DNA of 64,000 bases. Source: Octopus sinensis. Taxonomy: Eukaryota. Every line of letters begins with the position of its first letter. Positions within the stretch are counted from its first letter, which is position 1. Position numbers and translations under genes: made by a program. The DNA lies in contig NC_042999.1 in assembly GCF_006345805.1 (NCBI RefSeq), forward strand, positions 38,254,001 through 38,318,000. Reading direction: 5' to 3'. The notes under the pieces are model-generated. The model ran no database searches. It saw only the letters and a list, made by a program, of their open reading frames with translations, and was not told where the DNA came from. This document shows positions 26,101 to 38,212 of this stretch, in pieces.

Positions 26101-26460
26101 TAGGCGCAAGCGTGGCTGTGTGGTATAAGTTCGCTTTCCAGCCACATGGAACCGGGTTCAGATTCACTACGTGACACCTTGGGCAAATGTCTTTTACTAC
26201 ACATTGTGGTAGATTTGGTAAACGGAAACTGAAAGAACCCCGTTGTATATGTATGCATATATATATATATGAGAACGTGTGTGTCTTCGTCTCTGTGTTT
26301 GCCCCCCCCACTGCCCTCGTAAGTTTCCGGTTCAGCAAAAGAGGTCGATAGAATGAGTATCTGACTTCAAAATAACTATGGAATCGATTAGTCCGACTAA
26401 AAATTCCCTAAAGCGGTGCTCCAGTATGGCCGCATTCTAATAACAGAAACATGTAATAGA
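26101..26460 (+). mobile_element. CORE-like tRNA SINE (OR2-like) with internal (TA)n
   Basis: Head GGCGCAAGCGTGGCTGTGTGGTA..GGTTCAGATTC, CORE-like ACCTTGGGCAAATGTCTT, tail GCGGTGCTCCAGTATGGCCGC. Degenerate relatives at ~49195-49510 and 33530-33575. Confidence 0.75.
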
Positions 26461-27389
26461 GCAAAATAATAAACGTATTGCTACGAATGAAAGTAGTCCA
26501 TAAATTCAACCAACCTATTTGACATGTGCCTATATTATCGTCATCGAAATGTGGAAATGCAATCTCAGTTTGCACGAGCTGATCTGAGAGCGTGTCTACA
26601 TTATTTGTAAGAAAATGTTTAAAGCTTTAATAAGGAGATTATTAATGTACAAAATAAGCAAACATAAGAAAAAATAACAGCAAAAAAGAAACAAAATTTA
26701 TCTGTCTAAAACCGTAATTGTAAATGTTACACACCAACCGCTTGATAATATCATTAGTTCCTTGAAATAAAATTTCTCAGTCGAAAGCTATTCTGATTGC
26801 TCGCCCAGGCTTTCAATATCTTCATTTCCTTCCCAAAAGAGAACAGTGTTTTAAGTGTGAAGAATTATTATTAGTATGGCGTATAGCGTGAAGTACGTCA
26901 CTAGAATTGAATGAGAAGGAAGTCTACCCACTGAGATGCATACCTACTTTACGTGATGTTGTTTCTATCCAGCTGTGCTTAGCGACTGAGATAGACAATT
27001 GTGTTACTGAACAAATTTAGAAAGATTATTTATTAAATATTTGTTCTGCGTAAAATCAATGACCAAATTTAACGCCTGTCCTATAATTCATGTAACTTAA
27101 AGAGATGTCTATAAAATATATTTATTTAACTTATATTTGAAGAGAAACGTATAAATCCGTAGGAAATTCGTGTCAGGATATTAAAAATATAATCAGATGA
27201 CAGTGGTGATATTTAACCCTTGAGTATCATAGATGCAATGAACAACAGTTTCCTGTATATAAATACTTTTCAACTAAAATTGAGAAAGACGGGTTTCATT
27301 GAATGTTTGACAGCAACCGAAGTATTCGCTTCATTTAAGATTTCACTTTGTCTGGATAGTGTCTATAATGGGTAATTATATATTATATA

Positions 27390-27435
<46 letters not shown>

Positions 27436-27628
27436 AGGTGAATGAATTACCTAGTATGGATAATTCGGTTAACCGATACCTGGGTAGCAAATTCACGTCA
27501 GAAAACACGGTTGAAGCTATATGCCAAGGAAGGGCAGGGATCCCGTGTTCTCGGGAATATGCAGCCTTCGAAACATGTGTCGAGAGTAAAGGAATTTTGT
27601 TAAAATCGTCGTTCGACTCCATTCTTTC

Positions 27629-27673
<45 letters not shown>

Positions 27674-27708
27674 ATATATATCTATATATATATATATATA
27701 TATATATA

Positions 27709-27805
<97 letters not shown>

Positions 27806-27815
27806 TACATATATA

Positions 27816-28105
27816 TATTAGAAGAAATAAGGTACTCAGAAATCTGGATGGTTTTACCTTTACAGATTTTTATTAGTATGTCACATGTTTTTATAGATCA
27901 TATATTAACGGTTGCATCTACTCCTAGTAGATTCTCCAGATTTGAAAGTTGGAATTTGAAATTTTGAATTTGAATGTTAAATCTGGAGATTGTACTAGAG
28001 TGGACACAAGCGCTAATATATGATTTATAAAAACATGTGACATATTAATAAAAATCTGTAAATATAAAACCATCCAGATTTCTGAATACCTTATTTCTTC
28101 TAATA
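27816..28105. repeat. ~290-bp foldback palindrome next to a (TA)n array
   Basis: TATTAGAAGAAATAAGGTACTCAGAA.. pairs with ..TTCTGAATACCTTATTTCTTCTAATA over ~90 bp at high identity; looser pairing continues toward the centre. Confidence 0.9.
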
Positions 28106-28161
28106 TATAATACCTGCACATCACCTCCAAACCTTCTAATATGTATATATATATATTTATA

Positions 28162-28900
28162 CAGGATGCGTAAGGCATTTGAAGACATACATTTTTGTTG
28201 GTCATTGCTGCATTTTTTCTAACTCTGTATAATCTTTGTTTCAAAAATTAATAATGTCAGCTCACTCAAGAAACGAAGAGCCATGTTGTTATTGTGGTTA
28301 TAAAGGCTGCACATAGCGATTTAGAAATATCTCGATTTTTCAAAGTTGCCTGATCTTTCATCTACAAAGTTTGTAAGGAGCTAGAGACTGAAGATGGAAT
28401 CGTATCACCAGCATCAAAGAATAAAAAGCATTCTAATCGCTTAAAATCAATAAAACACCTGAATTTATCCAGCAAGTCCAACAAACCCTTGATTACAATC
28501 CCAGAAATCCAGGAGGTCAATTGCAAAAGATCTCCATGTGTCAGAAGGAACAGTCAGAAATGTTTTCCCCGAAGATATCAGATATAGGTCTTATACATTG
28601 AGAAAATCACTACATAAAATGTAAAAGGCTCTGAAAAAAACTAAAAAATCCAGTAGAGTAAGATTTGATTTGTTTTTTCTCAGGCGAGAAAAACTTCAAC
28701 CCAGATAAAAAAGTTAACAGCTGAAATGACAGATGGTTATGTGCAGACCCTTCTGAAGTTCCAAATGTTATGCATACAAAATTTCCTGCAGCTATCATGA
28801 TTTGAGGGATTGTCAGCTATGAAGGACATGCGATGCCTCCTTACTTCTTTCTACGAGTTAACTGTCCCGCTAACATTGAGATCCTGGAAATGATTGTTTC
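28162..28900 (+). pseudogene. Tc1/mariner-superfamily (maT/DD37D-like) transposase relic
   Basis: Broken frames give HSDLEISRFFKVA, IAKDLHVSEGTVRN, FFSGEKNFNPDKKVN, DRWLCADPSEVPNVMHTKFPA and EGHAMPPYFF; many stops and frameshifts. Confidence 0.75.
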
Positions 28901-29718
28901 CACCACCTGGCATTTGTAGATGCAGCATGGTATGCTTTTCTGTGCAGCTTCTTCAGGGTTTACCTAATTGGCTAGTTTCGAATTGTACGGAAATCGTGCC
29001 GAGGTCCTTCTGCAACTGCCCGTAATATGTGCAGTGGAAACAGATGTAGGTCATAAAGACCTAAAACATTATGGATTATAACGTAAGTGGAAATAAAATT
29101 TGAGGATGATCAAGTCTTCAATATCATTATAATTATTGTTAATATATATACTACCGACTATATCACCGTTCAGTGAAGCGAACATGGAATTACCCTTCGG
29201 GGAAATTTATAGAGTGATTGACCAATAGTTAGCAATCATTGACGTTCCCTTTGTAAATATAAGGACATAGGAAATGTGTCAAGGCCTACAGGAACCGCTG
29301 ATGCTACCTAGGGCTAAATAGCGGTGTGTGCTTCACTTTATGGGACTGTCACGTTAAGTTGATCGTATACAACTGCTCTATCTTTCTACCACTACTTATA
29401 TCTCTTTGAGATATTTAGAAATTTAATATTTCTATTTATTATGATCAGTGAATTTAATTCACTGATATTTGATGTTTAGAAAGTCTAAACATGTATTTTC
29501 AGCTATATATATGTAACATTCATTGAATATAACTAGAGTGGTAGGAAATACCTACATTGCTAGAAATAAGAGCTAAAACGCCCTGATGCTGTTGTTAACG
29601 CTCTGATGCTGTTGTTAACGCATATGAATGAACACATACTTTCAGAATGTGACCTCGTGTGTACAGTTGGCGATTTTTTTCCTGTGTCTTCCCTTCTCTG
29701 GATCTTTCCTCCTCCTAT

Positions 29719-29753
29719 GTTTCCGACGAAGAGCTCCGCTCGAAACGTTAAAC
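29719..29753 (+). ncRNA. Minimal hammerhead-like motif in a short PLE-like repeat (~29620-29850)
   Basis: GTTT-CCGACGA-A-GAGC(tcc)GCTC-GAAA-CG-TT-AAAC; palindromic ACGT stem III; U4 replaced by C; (TA)n ~95 bp downstream. Confidence 0.55.
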
Positions 29754-30120
29754 CCTCCTTCTTTCATTCTTTCGTGAGCGTCCAATAATACTATATTTGT
29801 TCCACGTACTCGCGTTGTTGTGTTTTTGTGCTTTCTTGTTTGGATTAACTATATATATATATATATATATCTACATGAGGCGTTTGTGAGAGATGCATCA
29901 TTGAGAATGAATTAAGCCAGCTCAAACCACCCCGGGTGAATGCTGTCAAATCAAGTCATATATATATATATATATATGTATATATATGTATATATATATG
30001 AATAATATATATATGTATATATATATATGTATATATATGTATATATATATGAATATATATATATATGTATATATATATGTATATATATGTATATATATAT
30101 ATATATATGACTATATATAT

Positions 30121-30160
<40 letters not shown>

Positions 30161-30422
30161 AATTTTTGTATGTATATATATGTGTGTGTAAATATATATA
30201 TATTTATACGTGCGTGTGTGGGTGTGCGTTTATATATATATATATATATATATATCTTTGAAGTTCATTAACAGGAAAGGCTTATGAGGACGCATATGAA
30301 ATTTCCTATTTTATTATGTCGGCTAGGGTCTGATAATTCCTAATTGCAACAGCAGATTTATGTCGTTGGACTGAGCTGGGGCAATATAACTTAGAATAAA
30401 TATAGTAATGATAATAATAATA

Positions 30423-30474
<52 letters not shown>

Positions 30475-30638
30475 CTATGGATGGAAATAATAAACAATTA
30501 AATGCATCGCTGCGCGCGTTTCCGGAAACTGCGTTTCTTACGATCATAGCTCGTATCGCATGGGATGATTTCAGTAAAATTCGTAATATGCACGGACTTA
30601 TATAATGTGATCATTTTTTCAGGTAATATCCCAAATAT

Positions 30639-30725
<87 letters not shown>

Positions 30726-30904
30726 TGAGTGTATTTTACCTTGTTCACAATTAACACGGATAAATGAATGAATAGTTACCAGGGCAGCAAAATCTCACAA
30801 GTAAAGATGTTGTAACTCCTTGTTTATAAAGGTTGAAACTTCGTGTTTACGTTTAATATTTGAATAAAAAATGGAGTCAACGCAGGTTTAAACAAGTATT
30901 TTTT

Positions 30905-30989
30905 CTTTCTACATATGTTTCAAAAATTCCACTGATACTTATTCAAAAGAATAAAATGTATAAACAATGCAATCTTCTCTTCGGGAAAG
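30905..30989 (-). ncRNA. Degenerate hammerhead in the PLE 3' region
   Basis: CTTTC-CCGAAGA-(long weak stem II)-GAAA-CATATG-TA-GAAAG, ~200 bp after the EN stop and in the sense orientation. Confidence 0.5.
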
Positions 30990-31190
30990 TGAAAAAACGA
31001 AACTTGTCAATACGACATTTTAGCAAAAAATGATGGATTCGTATAGCGATAGACAGAACGCTATTAATATTGTTTAAAAAAACGTTATATGATATAACGT
31101 CATAAGTAGCTAACAGAAAGAGTAGGGATATTAATAGTGAATGTTAAATATAAAGGAAATTAAAGTCTAAACTATATATAATGATAGAGA

Positions 31191-31982
31191 CTACTTATAT
31201 GCACTAAAAGTATGCTTTTGCCAATGCTTACATCTGTATGCTCGTTCTATAACCGTGTTTACTAGAGTATTTTTAGAAAAAATAATGAAAAATAGCTCAG
31301 AATTGCAGAGAAGACAGAATTTCTTGCCTTTGTCATATGGTATCGAAATTGAGAGGATCAACCATTCCAAATGAAATTGTTCATTGTGGTCTTTTAAATT
31401 CCAAATCAGTTTGCTGAGACCGGTACTATTCCGTTTATTTCTATCCCTAAATGTTGAGTAATGGATAGAAATTCTCTTAGATAACTCTAACGATGTGCTT
31501 CCAATGTAAAATCGTACTTTATTACGAGTACTGATTATACACTGGTATATAGAATTTTTAATCTTAGAGTTACTTGACATAAATTTAATTCTATTGGGAT
31601 TGACTTCAGATACAATAACCTTGTTATTAATATTTCTAGAGGGTTGGATGGTAGTAGCTAAATTAATGTTAGTATTAGTAAATGTATTAATATTTAACAG
31701 TTTGTTATTATGAGAAGATATAATTTGCAAGAGATTTTTTGTGTTTGAAAAACCTATCCTAACCTTATGTGAATTAATTATAGAGTAATATCTAGAATTA
31801 TTTGGAAAATTCCTAGCAATAGCTTGACGAAACAGCAGTGGGAGATTAGATTTAATTTGTCTCCCGTAAGGAATTATTAACCAAATATTTTTACTAGTAT
31901 TCATAGCGTAATTACTTTTGAAGGTGTTATATTTACTTTTAGATCGGTAATAGGGGAATAAATAAGGGTTATCTGCCTTCAT
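31191..31982 (-). CDS. PLE thumb/linker + GIY-YIG endonuclease (frame open upstream to ~32095)
   Basis: HKVRIGFSNTKNLLQIISSHN, SIYQCII..FYIGST..KRISIHYSTFRD..STGLSKLIWNLKD, CLLCNSE, RCKH. Confidence 0.8.
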   Translation of the reverse strand: MKADNPYLFPYYRSKSKYNTFKSNYAMNTSKNIWLIIPYGRQIKSNLPLLFRQAIARNFPNNSRYYSIINSHKVRIGFSNTKNLLQIISSHNNKLLNINTFTNTNINLATTIQPSRNINNKVIVSEVNPNRIKFMSSNSKIKNSIYQCIISTRNKVRFYIGSTSLELSKRISIHYSTFRDRNKRNSTGLSKLIWNLKDHNEQFHLEWLILSISIPYDKGKKFCLLCNSELFFIIFSKNTLVNTVIERAYRCKHWQKHTFSAYK

Positions 31983-32047
31983 TCGCTTTGTATCGGTGCG
32001 TAGGTTATGTTTGTTATCAATAATTCTTTTACGACTAGAAATCTTAT

Positions 32048-33103
32048 CTACATTATTGAATTTACAATTAGACTGAGCAGAATCAATGTAGAAATTTTTT
32101 CTGTATAACCTGCTTTGATTAAGGCAGAGTTATAGAATTCAGCGTTATTTTTGAAAATATCAACATTAGCTGATAATTTAGATAATCTAAATGAAATATT
32201 CTTAACTAAATTCTTAGTAATTGCTCCAGGATGATTACTAAATTTGCTAATGTACTTAATATTGGTCAACGGTTTATTATATGGGAAGTAAGAGTCACTG
32301 TGTATATTAAGGGTAATATCTAAAAAGTTGGCCTTCGTCAGATCGTCATCAAAAACGATTTTTAAGCCCATTCTACTGAAAAAATTAACTAAACTGTTCT
32401 TAACTTTTTGTACCTTTTGGTTAGAAACATTTTGGAGGTAAAGTAAACAATCATCACGATATAGACCTCCATAAATGTTAGGGAACTTTTCAGCCATTTC
32501 AAAAAGAATGTATATACAGACCAAATCAGCTATCTGTGCTGAATCAGAACTTCCCATAGGTATATCGAAATTATCTGGTGTGTCTTTACGGACCCACAAC
32601 TTATCATCAAATTTAATAATAGATCTTCTGGCTGCCAACACAACATTAATTTCTTCTCGGGTGAGACCAGCTTTGTTATGAGCAAGCCAAAGTGCCTTAT
32701 TAAGTACTATAGGATTAATAGACGAATAAAAATTGGAAATATCAAACTGGATAAACTTCGTACTCACCTTTCTGTTAATAGACCTAAACCAGTCAACTAC
32801 GTCAAATGAATTAGTCCATAAGCTAAGTTTTAATGTTTTGATTAGATTAGGAATATATTTATCTAGTATATTTTTACTAAGGATACCGATGTCAGAGCTA
32901 GAAGGGCAGATAAGTCTTAATGATGGGTTAGTAAAAAAATTTGGTTTGTGATCCTTCAAAATAAACCTAGGTTGCTTAGGAACAAGTGGTTCTGTCTTCA
33001 TTTGTAGGTTATATTTCTCCATGATTTTCATAGCCTCGATGTTGGCTTTCTTAAGTATTCTTTTATCAGCAATTTTATACATTGGGACAAGAACGCAAAA
33101 CAT
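32048..33103 (-). CDS. PLE reverse transcriptase
   Basis: LKDHKPNF..RLICPS, FIQFDISNFYSSI, IPMGSSDSAQIADLV, GGLYRDDCL, NFLDITL, YISKFSNHP. Confidence 0.88.
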   Translation of the reverse strand: MFCVLVPMYKIADKRILKKANIEAMKIMEKYNLQMKTEPLVPKQPRFILKDHKPNFFTNPSLRLICPSSSDIGILSKNILDKYIPNLIKTLKLSLWTNSFDVVDWFRSINRKVSTKFIQFDISNFYSSINPIVLNKALWLAHNKAGLTREEINVVLAARRSIIKFDDKLWVRKDTPDNFDIPMGSSDSAQIADLVCIYILFEMAEKFPNIYGGLYRDDCLLYLQNVSNQKVQKVKNSLVNFFSRMGLKIVFDDDLTKANFLDITLNIHSDSYFPYNKPLTNIKYISKFSNHPGAITKNLVKNISFRLSKLSANVDIFKNNAEFYNSALIKAGYTEKISTLILLSLIVNSIM

Positions 33104-33596
33104 TCAAATAGACGATACGAAAACGGACGGGTTATTCGAAGCCTCTAATCTTCAGTCAAGAACCGGATCATCCTCGCAATTTCGGCTATATATGTGTGCG
33201 TGTGTGTGTGTGTGTGTTTATATTCTCCGCTTTTAGATTTTATTTCCTTATTTAGCCATACCTGGTAACTTACATAATTTATAATACGCCTTACCACTCT
33301 TTAAATAAATACAGAATTAATAATTTCTCCTTTAACTTTTAGGCCAATACTGGCCCTATTAGAGTTCCCTCCCTTTTTCTCCTTCTTTCTCTTTTTCTGT
33401 TTCTCCTTGCATATATTTTACATGACTGTTTTTCTTTTGCATCCCTGTTACCGAATTTCGGTAGTGTGGAACTGTTTGCACTGACTTGCCACGAGCATAC
33501 GCCAAGATAAACCGATATGCTACACGGAGGTGTGGCTCCAGCATCGCCACAGCCAAATGACTGAAACAAATAAAAATATTATCCTATTATTCCGCC

Positions 33597-33960
33597 CCTC
33601 TTTCTTCTTGTTCTTGTTCTTCTTGTTCTTGTTCTTCTTCTTCTTCTTCTTCTTCTTCTTCTTCTTCTTCTTCTTCTTCTTCTTCTTCTTCTTCTTCTTC
33701 CCCCTCTTCTTCTTCTTCTTCTTCTTCTTCTTCTTCTTCTTCTTCTTCTTCTTCTTCTCCTTCTTCTTCTTATTCTTCACTTTCGTCTTCTTCTCCTTCT
33801 TCTTCTCCTCCTCCTCCTTCTTCTTCTGCTTCTTCTTCTTCTTCTTCTTCTCCTTGTTCTTCTTCTTCTTCTTCTTCCATTCTTTACCCCTCTTTTTCTT
33901 CTTCACTTTCGTCTTCTTCGCCTTTTTTGCCTTCTACTCTTCCTTCCGTTTTTCCTTCAT
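33597..33960. repeat. Long (TTC)n-rich polypyrimidine tract
   Basis: Direct reading; source of the poly-F and poly-K ORFs. Confidence 0.95.
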
Positions 33961-34368
33961 CTTCTGCATATCCTTCCTCTCGATCCCATTCTTCATAATC
34001 TCTACTTCACTTACTCATCCGATATCCACATTTTTTTCTTCCCCAATTTTATTGTTTCCTCCAAAGAGCAAGTACTAGAAGACGCAAAATGGAGCAACAC
34101 ACCTTTGATTCAAGTTTGATGACGTTCCTCTCTAATCACAAACATTATGCAAATTCTCAGTTAGAATCTTTGTGTAAACTGGCGTTGCAAATAGAGTTGG
34201 TACAGAGATAACTGTAACGAATCCTTGAAGATTTGTTACAGAGTTTTCTTTGTCTTCGTCCTTTTCTCATTGCTTTTGTTAAGAATACCCCTACTTATTC
34301 TTATTTTATATATATATATATGTGTATGTATGTATATGTATGTATATATGTATGAATGTATATTATAT

Positions 34369-34414
<46 letters not shown>

Positions 34415-34572
34415 TGTGTGTGTGTTGTGTGTGCATGTATGTATGTATATTTATACATGTGTGTATGCGTGTATATCATAATTATATGTATATATATATG
34501 TATAATATATATATATATATGTATATGTGTATATATGTATAATATATATATGTATATATATATATGAGTGTG

Positions 34573-34616
<44 letters not shown>

Positions 34617-35250
34617 ATATATATAATATATATATGTATATATATAATATATACACCATCAGGCTATGTCACTTTCCATCTACACTTAAACTCTTTGAAC
34701 CCGATAGATATATGATGTATTTTCCCTTTGATTCAGGGATATATGATGTATTTCCCTTTCCCCTTTGATTCAGCCCTTAAAATGATTAACTCTCCATTAC
34801 TACTACTTTATGCATTAATTTTTGAATTTGCATTTCAATTTTATGCGCTTGTAATGTAATGTATATATCTAAGTATACACATACCGAAACTTATAATCAT
34901 TTATTTATTTATTAATTTACTTAGTTATTTTTAGCCTCTTTTGATAATTTTAAAATATGATTTCGATAAAATTATTTGGAACACACTGAATTTTAGTAAA
35001 TGTTCTATAACAATATTTTTCATTCTACTTGTGATTTTTCGAAGTCCAAGAATATACGATTGGCTTGAATATTCCTCATACGTATTAGACATATGCAACG
35101 TCTGAGAAAATAATGACTTATATAAGTGCATCCTATGCAGGTGACAATGCAGCCTTTTAAAATCCATATTTCTACTCTTCAGGTACTCAAGTGTAAATAA
35201 TCTATGCTTAAAAATTTAGCTTGCAATTTTAACTTATCTTCAGAAAGTTG

Positions 35251-35285
<35 letters not shown>

Positions 35286-35301
35286 TTTATTATATAGAAG
35301 G

Positions 35302-35352
35302 AGCTTCTACAGGACTAGAACTGTTTCATTCAAGAGAAATCTTCAGGAAGCT
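35302..35352 (-). ncRNA. Type-I hammerhead-like motif, left arm
   Basis: AGCTTC-CTGAAGA-TTTC(tctt)GAAT-GAAA-CAG(ttctagtc)CTG-TA-GAAGCT; stem I 6 bp, stem III 4 bp, weak stem II. Confidence 0.6.
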
Positions 35353-35654
35353 AGTTAACAAGAATTGTATTGGCATTTATACATTTAGGCAGGTTTAAGG
35401 GGTGTTGGTGGGGGACTTTTTGGGGGGTAGGCATAGCGCAAAAAATCATACTTGGGGGAGTGGTCAAGGAGTCAGTGTTAAATTAGATAGGAGAATAAAT
35501 AAAAAATAAAAAATAAAAAATAAAAAATAAAAATAACAAATAACAAATAAAAAAATATAAATATAAAAAATAAAAAATAAAAAATAGAAAATAGAAATAA
35601 AAAAAAAATATAAAAAATATGTAAAAAAAAAAAAATAAAAATAAAAATAAAAAT

Positions 35655-35700
<46 letters not shown>

Positions 35701-36153
35701 AAAGGGGGGGAATAACATATATATACATACCCAATATATATATATACAATATATATACATATGTGTACCCATGCATACCTACACATACACAACATATATA
35801 TATACATATACAAATACAGACCCATTCCCTAATTTTAATTTTATTATCTTCGTTTATTACTTTTGTTATCTTTGGCCGCTTGGTCACAAACATCTTGGCT
35901 ACTGGAAAACAATTACTCATTCACTCACGCACACTCTTTAGCACGTACACTCACTCATTCGTACACTCATACGCATACACGCACGCACGCGTTATATTCA
36001 TACATACATACATCTACATACATTCACGTATATACACATACGTACGCGTACCTACAGATTCATGTCTACACTCTTAGAAGGCTAGTCTATACATATACAC
36101 CAATAAATATAAATACACACACATACATGTACACCTACATACAAATACATACA

Positions 36154-36194
<41 letters not shown>

Positions 36195-36315
36195 GCGTAC
36201 CTACAGATTCATGTCTACACTCTTAGAAGGCTAGTCTATACATATACACCCCTAAATATAAATACACACACATACATACATGTACACCTACATACAAATA
36301 CATACATGTACATAT

Positions 36316-36362
<47 letters not shown>

Positions 36363-36522
36363 TATACATATATATATTCATACTAACATGCATACTCAAA
36401 AAATAAGTAAATAGTAAATATATATCGCGCAGTTATTCATACATGCATACTCAAAAAATAAATATTAAGTATATGTACGTGCAGTTACCTATATATAGAC
36501 GGATACATACATATAAAAACTT

Positions 36523-36562
<40 letters not shown>

Positions 36563-36648
36563 TATAATATATATATAACACATACATACATACACACAAT
36601 ACATATAAATATATACATACACACATACACCTACATATACACATACAC

Positions 36649-36696
<48 letters not shown>

Positions 36697-36966
36697 CACA
36701 CACACACACACACATACACATTACATATATCATACATACATACATATATACAACATACTTACACATGTACATATAAATACACACATAGATAACTCTATGT
36801 ACCTACACATACATAAACACACGAGCGTACGCGCATATGTACATATACATATACCCATGCACACGCATATATATACATACATACATACACATACACACAT
36901 GTATACACACACACTCACATACACATATATATACATACACATATATACACATATATATATATATGT

Positions 36967-37009
<43 letters not shown>

Positions 37010-37343
37010 TATACATACACACACACATACACACACATATATATACATGTGTGCAACATACATATTATTTATATATTTTTAATATTTTTTATTTTTATTT
37101 TTCTATTTTCTATTTTTATTTTTATTTTTATTTTTTATATTTTATATTTTTTATTGTTATTTTTTATTTTTTATTTTTTATTTTTTATTTTTTTTTTATT
37201 CTCCTATCTAATTTAACACTGACTCCTTGACCACTCCCCCAAGTATGATTTTTTGCGCTATGCCTACCCCCCAAAAAGTCCCCCACCAACACCCCTTTAA
37301 ACCTGCCTCTAAATGTATAAATGCCAATACAATTCTTGTAACT

Positions 37344-37393
37344 AGCTTCCTGAAGATTCTCTTGAATGAAACAGTTCTAGTCCTGTAGAAGCT
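37344..37393 (+). ncRNA. Type-I hammerhead-like motif, right arm
   Basis: AGCTTC-CTGAAGA-TTC(tctt)GAA-T-GAAA-CAG(ttctagtc)CTG-TA-GAAGCT; predicted cleavage after A37387. Confidence 0.6.
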
Positions 37394-37475
37394 CCTTCTA
37401 TATAATAAATTAATTTTACTCTGCTATGTATGAGTACCTTATTTACTGTGGTTAACCCCGAATCAACCCGGGACC

Positions 37476-37515
<40 letters not shown>

Positions 37516-38212
37516 ATATAATGTGGATGTGTCGCCTGTTGCTTTACACTAATCCTGCTTACGTAGGACAAGTGTTCATCTATAATGCTATAATTCATTC
37601 AGATAAAATATACTCCATACTATATTTTAATGAGCTGTCCTTTAAGACGTTAGAATATAGTTGCGAGCAATAGCTCGCAGGGCTACCAAACAGATTTTCT
37701 TTCGTTGCCTTTTCTATAGTCAACTAGTGTTTCTTTGTGTATGTGTGTGTACGTATGTGTTTGTTTGTTTGTGTCTATGTAGTTGCATGGGCGAGAGAGA
37801 CTGCTTAACTTTGTATTTGTGATTTTGTTTTGTATCTTGTTTTATTGTGAAAGTTTAAAATAATGTTGACGGAAAGCTAATTAGCATAGTATAGTTGTTG
37901 AGGAGTGAAACTAGCTTTATACGAATCATCCCGGCGGTTAAATCATGATTCTAATTATTTCGGCTACAAAATTTCCGCTGGATGAATAGACAGTAGATGC
38001 ATGCTTCAGATATGTTGTAATTCCACATTTTTTACAATAACAATTACGCTATACATAATGATTAGACGACGTAATAAGCATTAGATTATTTTTACAAGAT
38101 CTAAAAGTATAGCTAGAAAGAATATTTTAAAAGTGCTTTGTTTTGGTTGTAGTGCACCTGAGCACTGTATACAACAATTTCATTATTATTATTATTATTA
38201 TTATTATATTAT

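Larger units (their letters stand above)
30724..33190 (-). mobile_element. Penelope-like retroelement, RT + C-terminal GIY-YIG (Hydra-clade-like), 5'-truncated
   Basis: RT and EN ORFs listed below; bounded by (TA)n on the left and TA/TG repeats on the right; 3' region has a hammerhead-like motif. Clade call is from motif recall only. Confidence 0.88.
35281..37414. mobile_element. 2.1-kb element with long inverted arms (~215 bp unique plus ~120 bp A/T-rich repeat each)
   Basis: 35281-35497 equals the reverse complement of 37197-37414 apart from ~4 small indels. The interior is low-complexity with a 149-bp-period duplication starting at 36044 and 36193. Confidence 0.9.

Noticed and set aside
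31191-33103. Naiad-type selenoprotein PLE or programmed frameshift
   Set aside because: EN is C-terminal, there are no in-frame TGA codons, and the break lacks a canonical in-frame slippery heptamer; a simple indel is more likely.
33104-33190. CTGAAGA on the minus strand at the PLE 5' end
   Set aside because: Followed by GAAT, with no stem II or stem I pairing.
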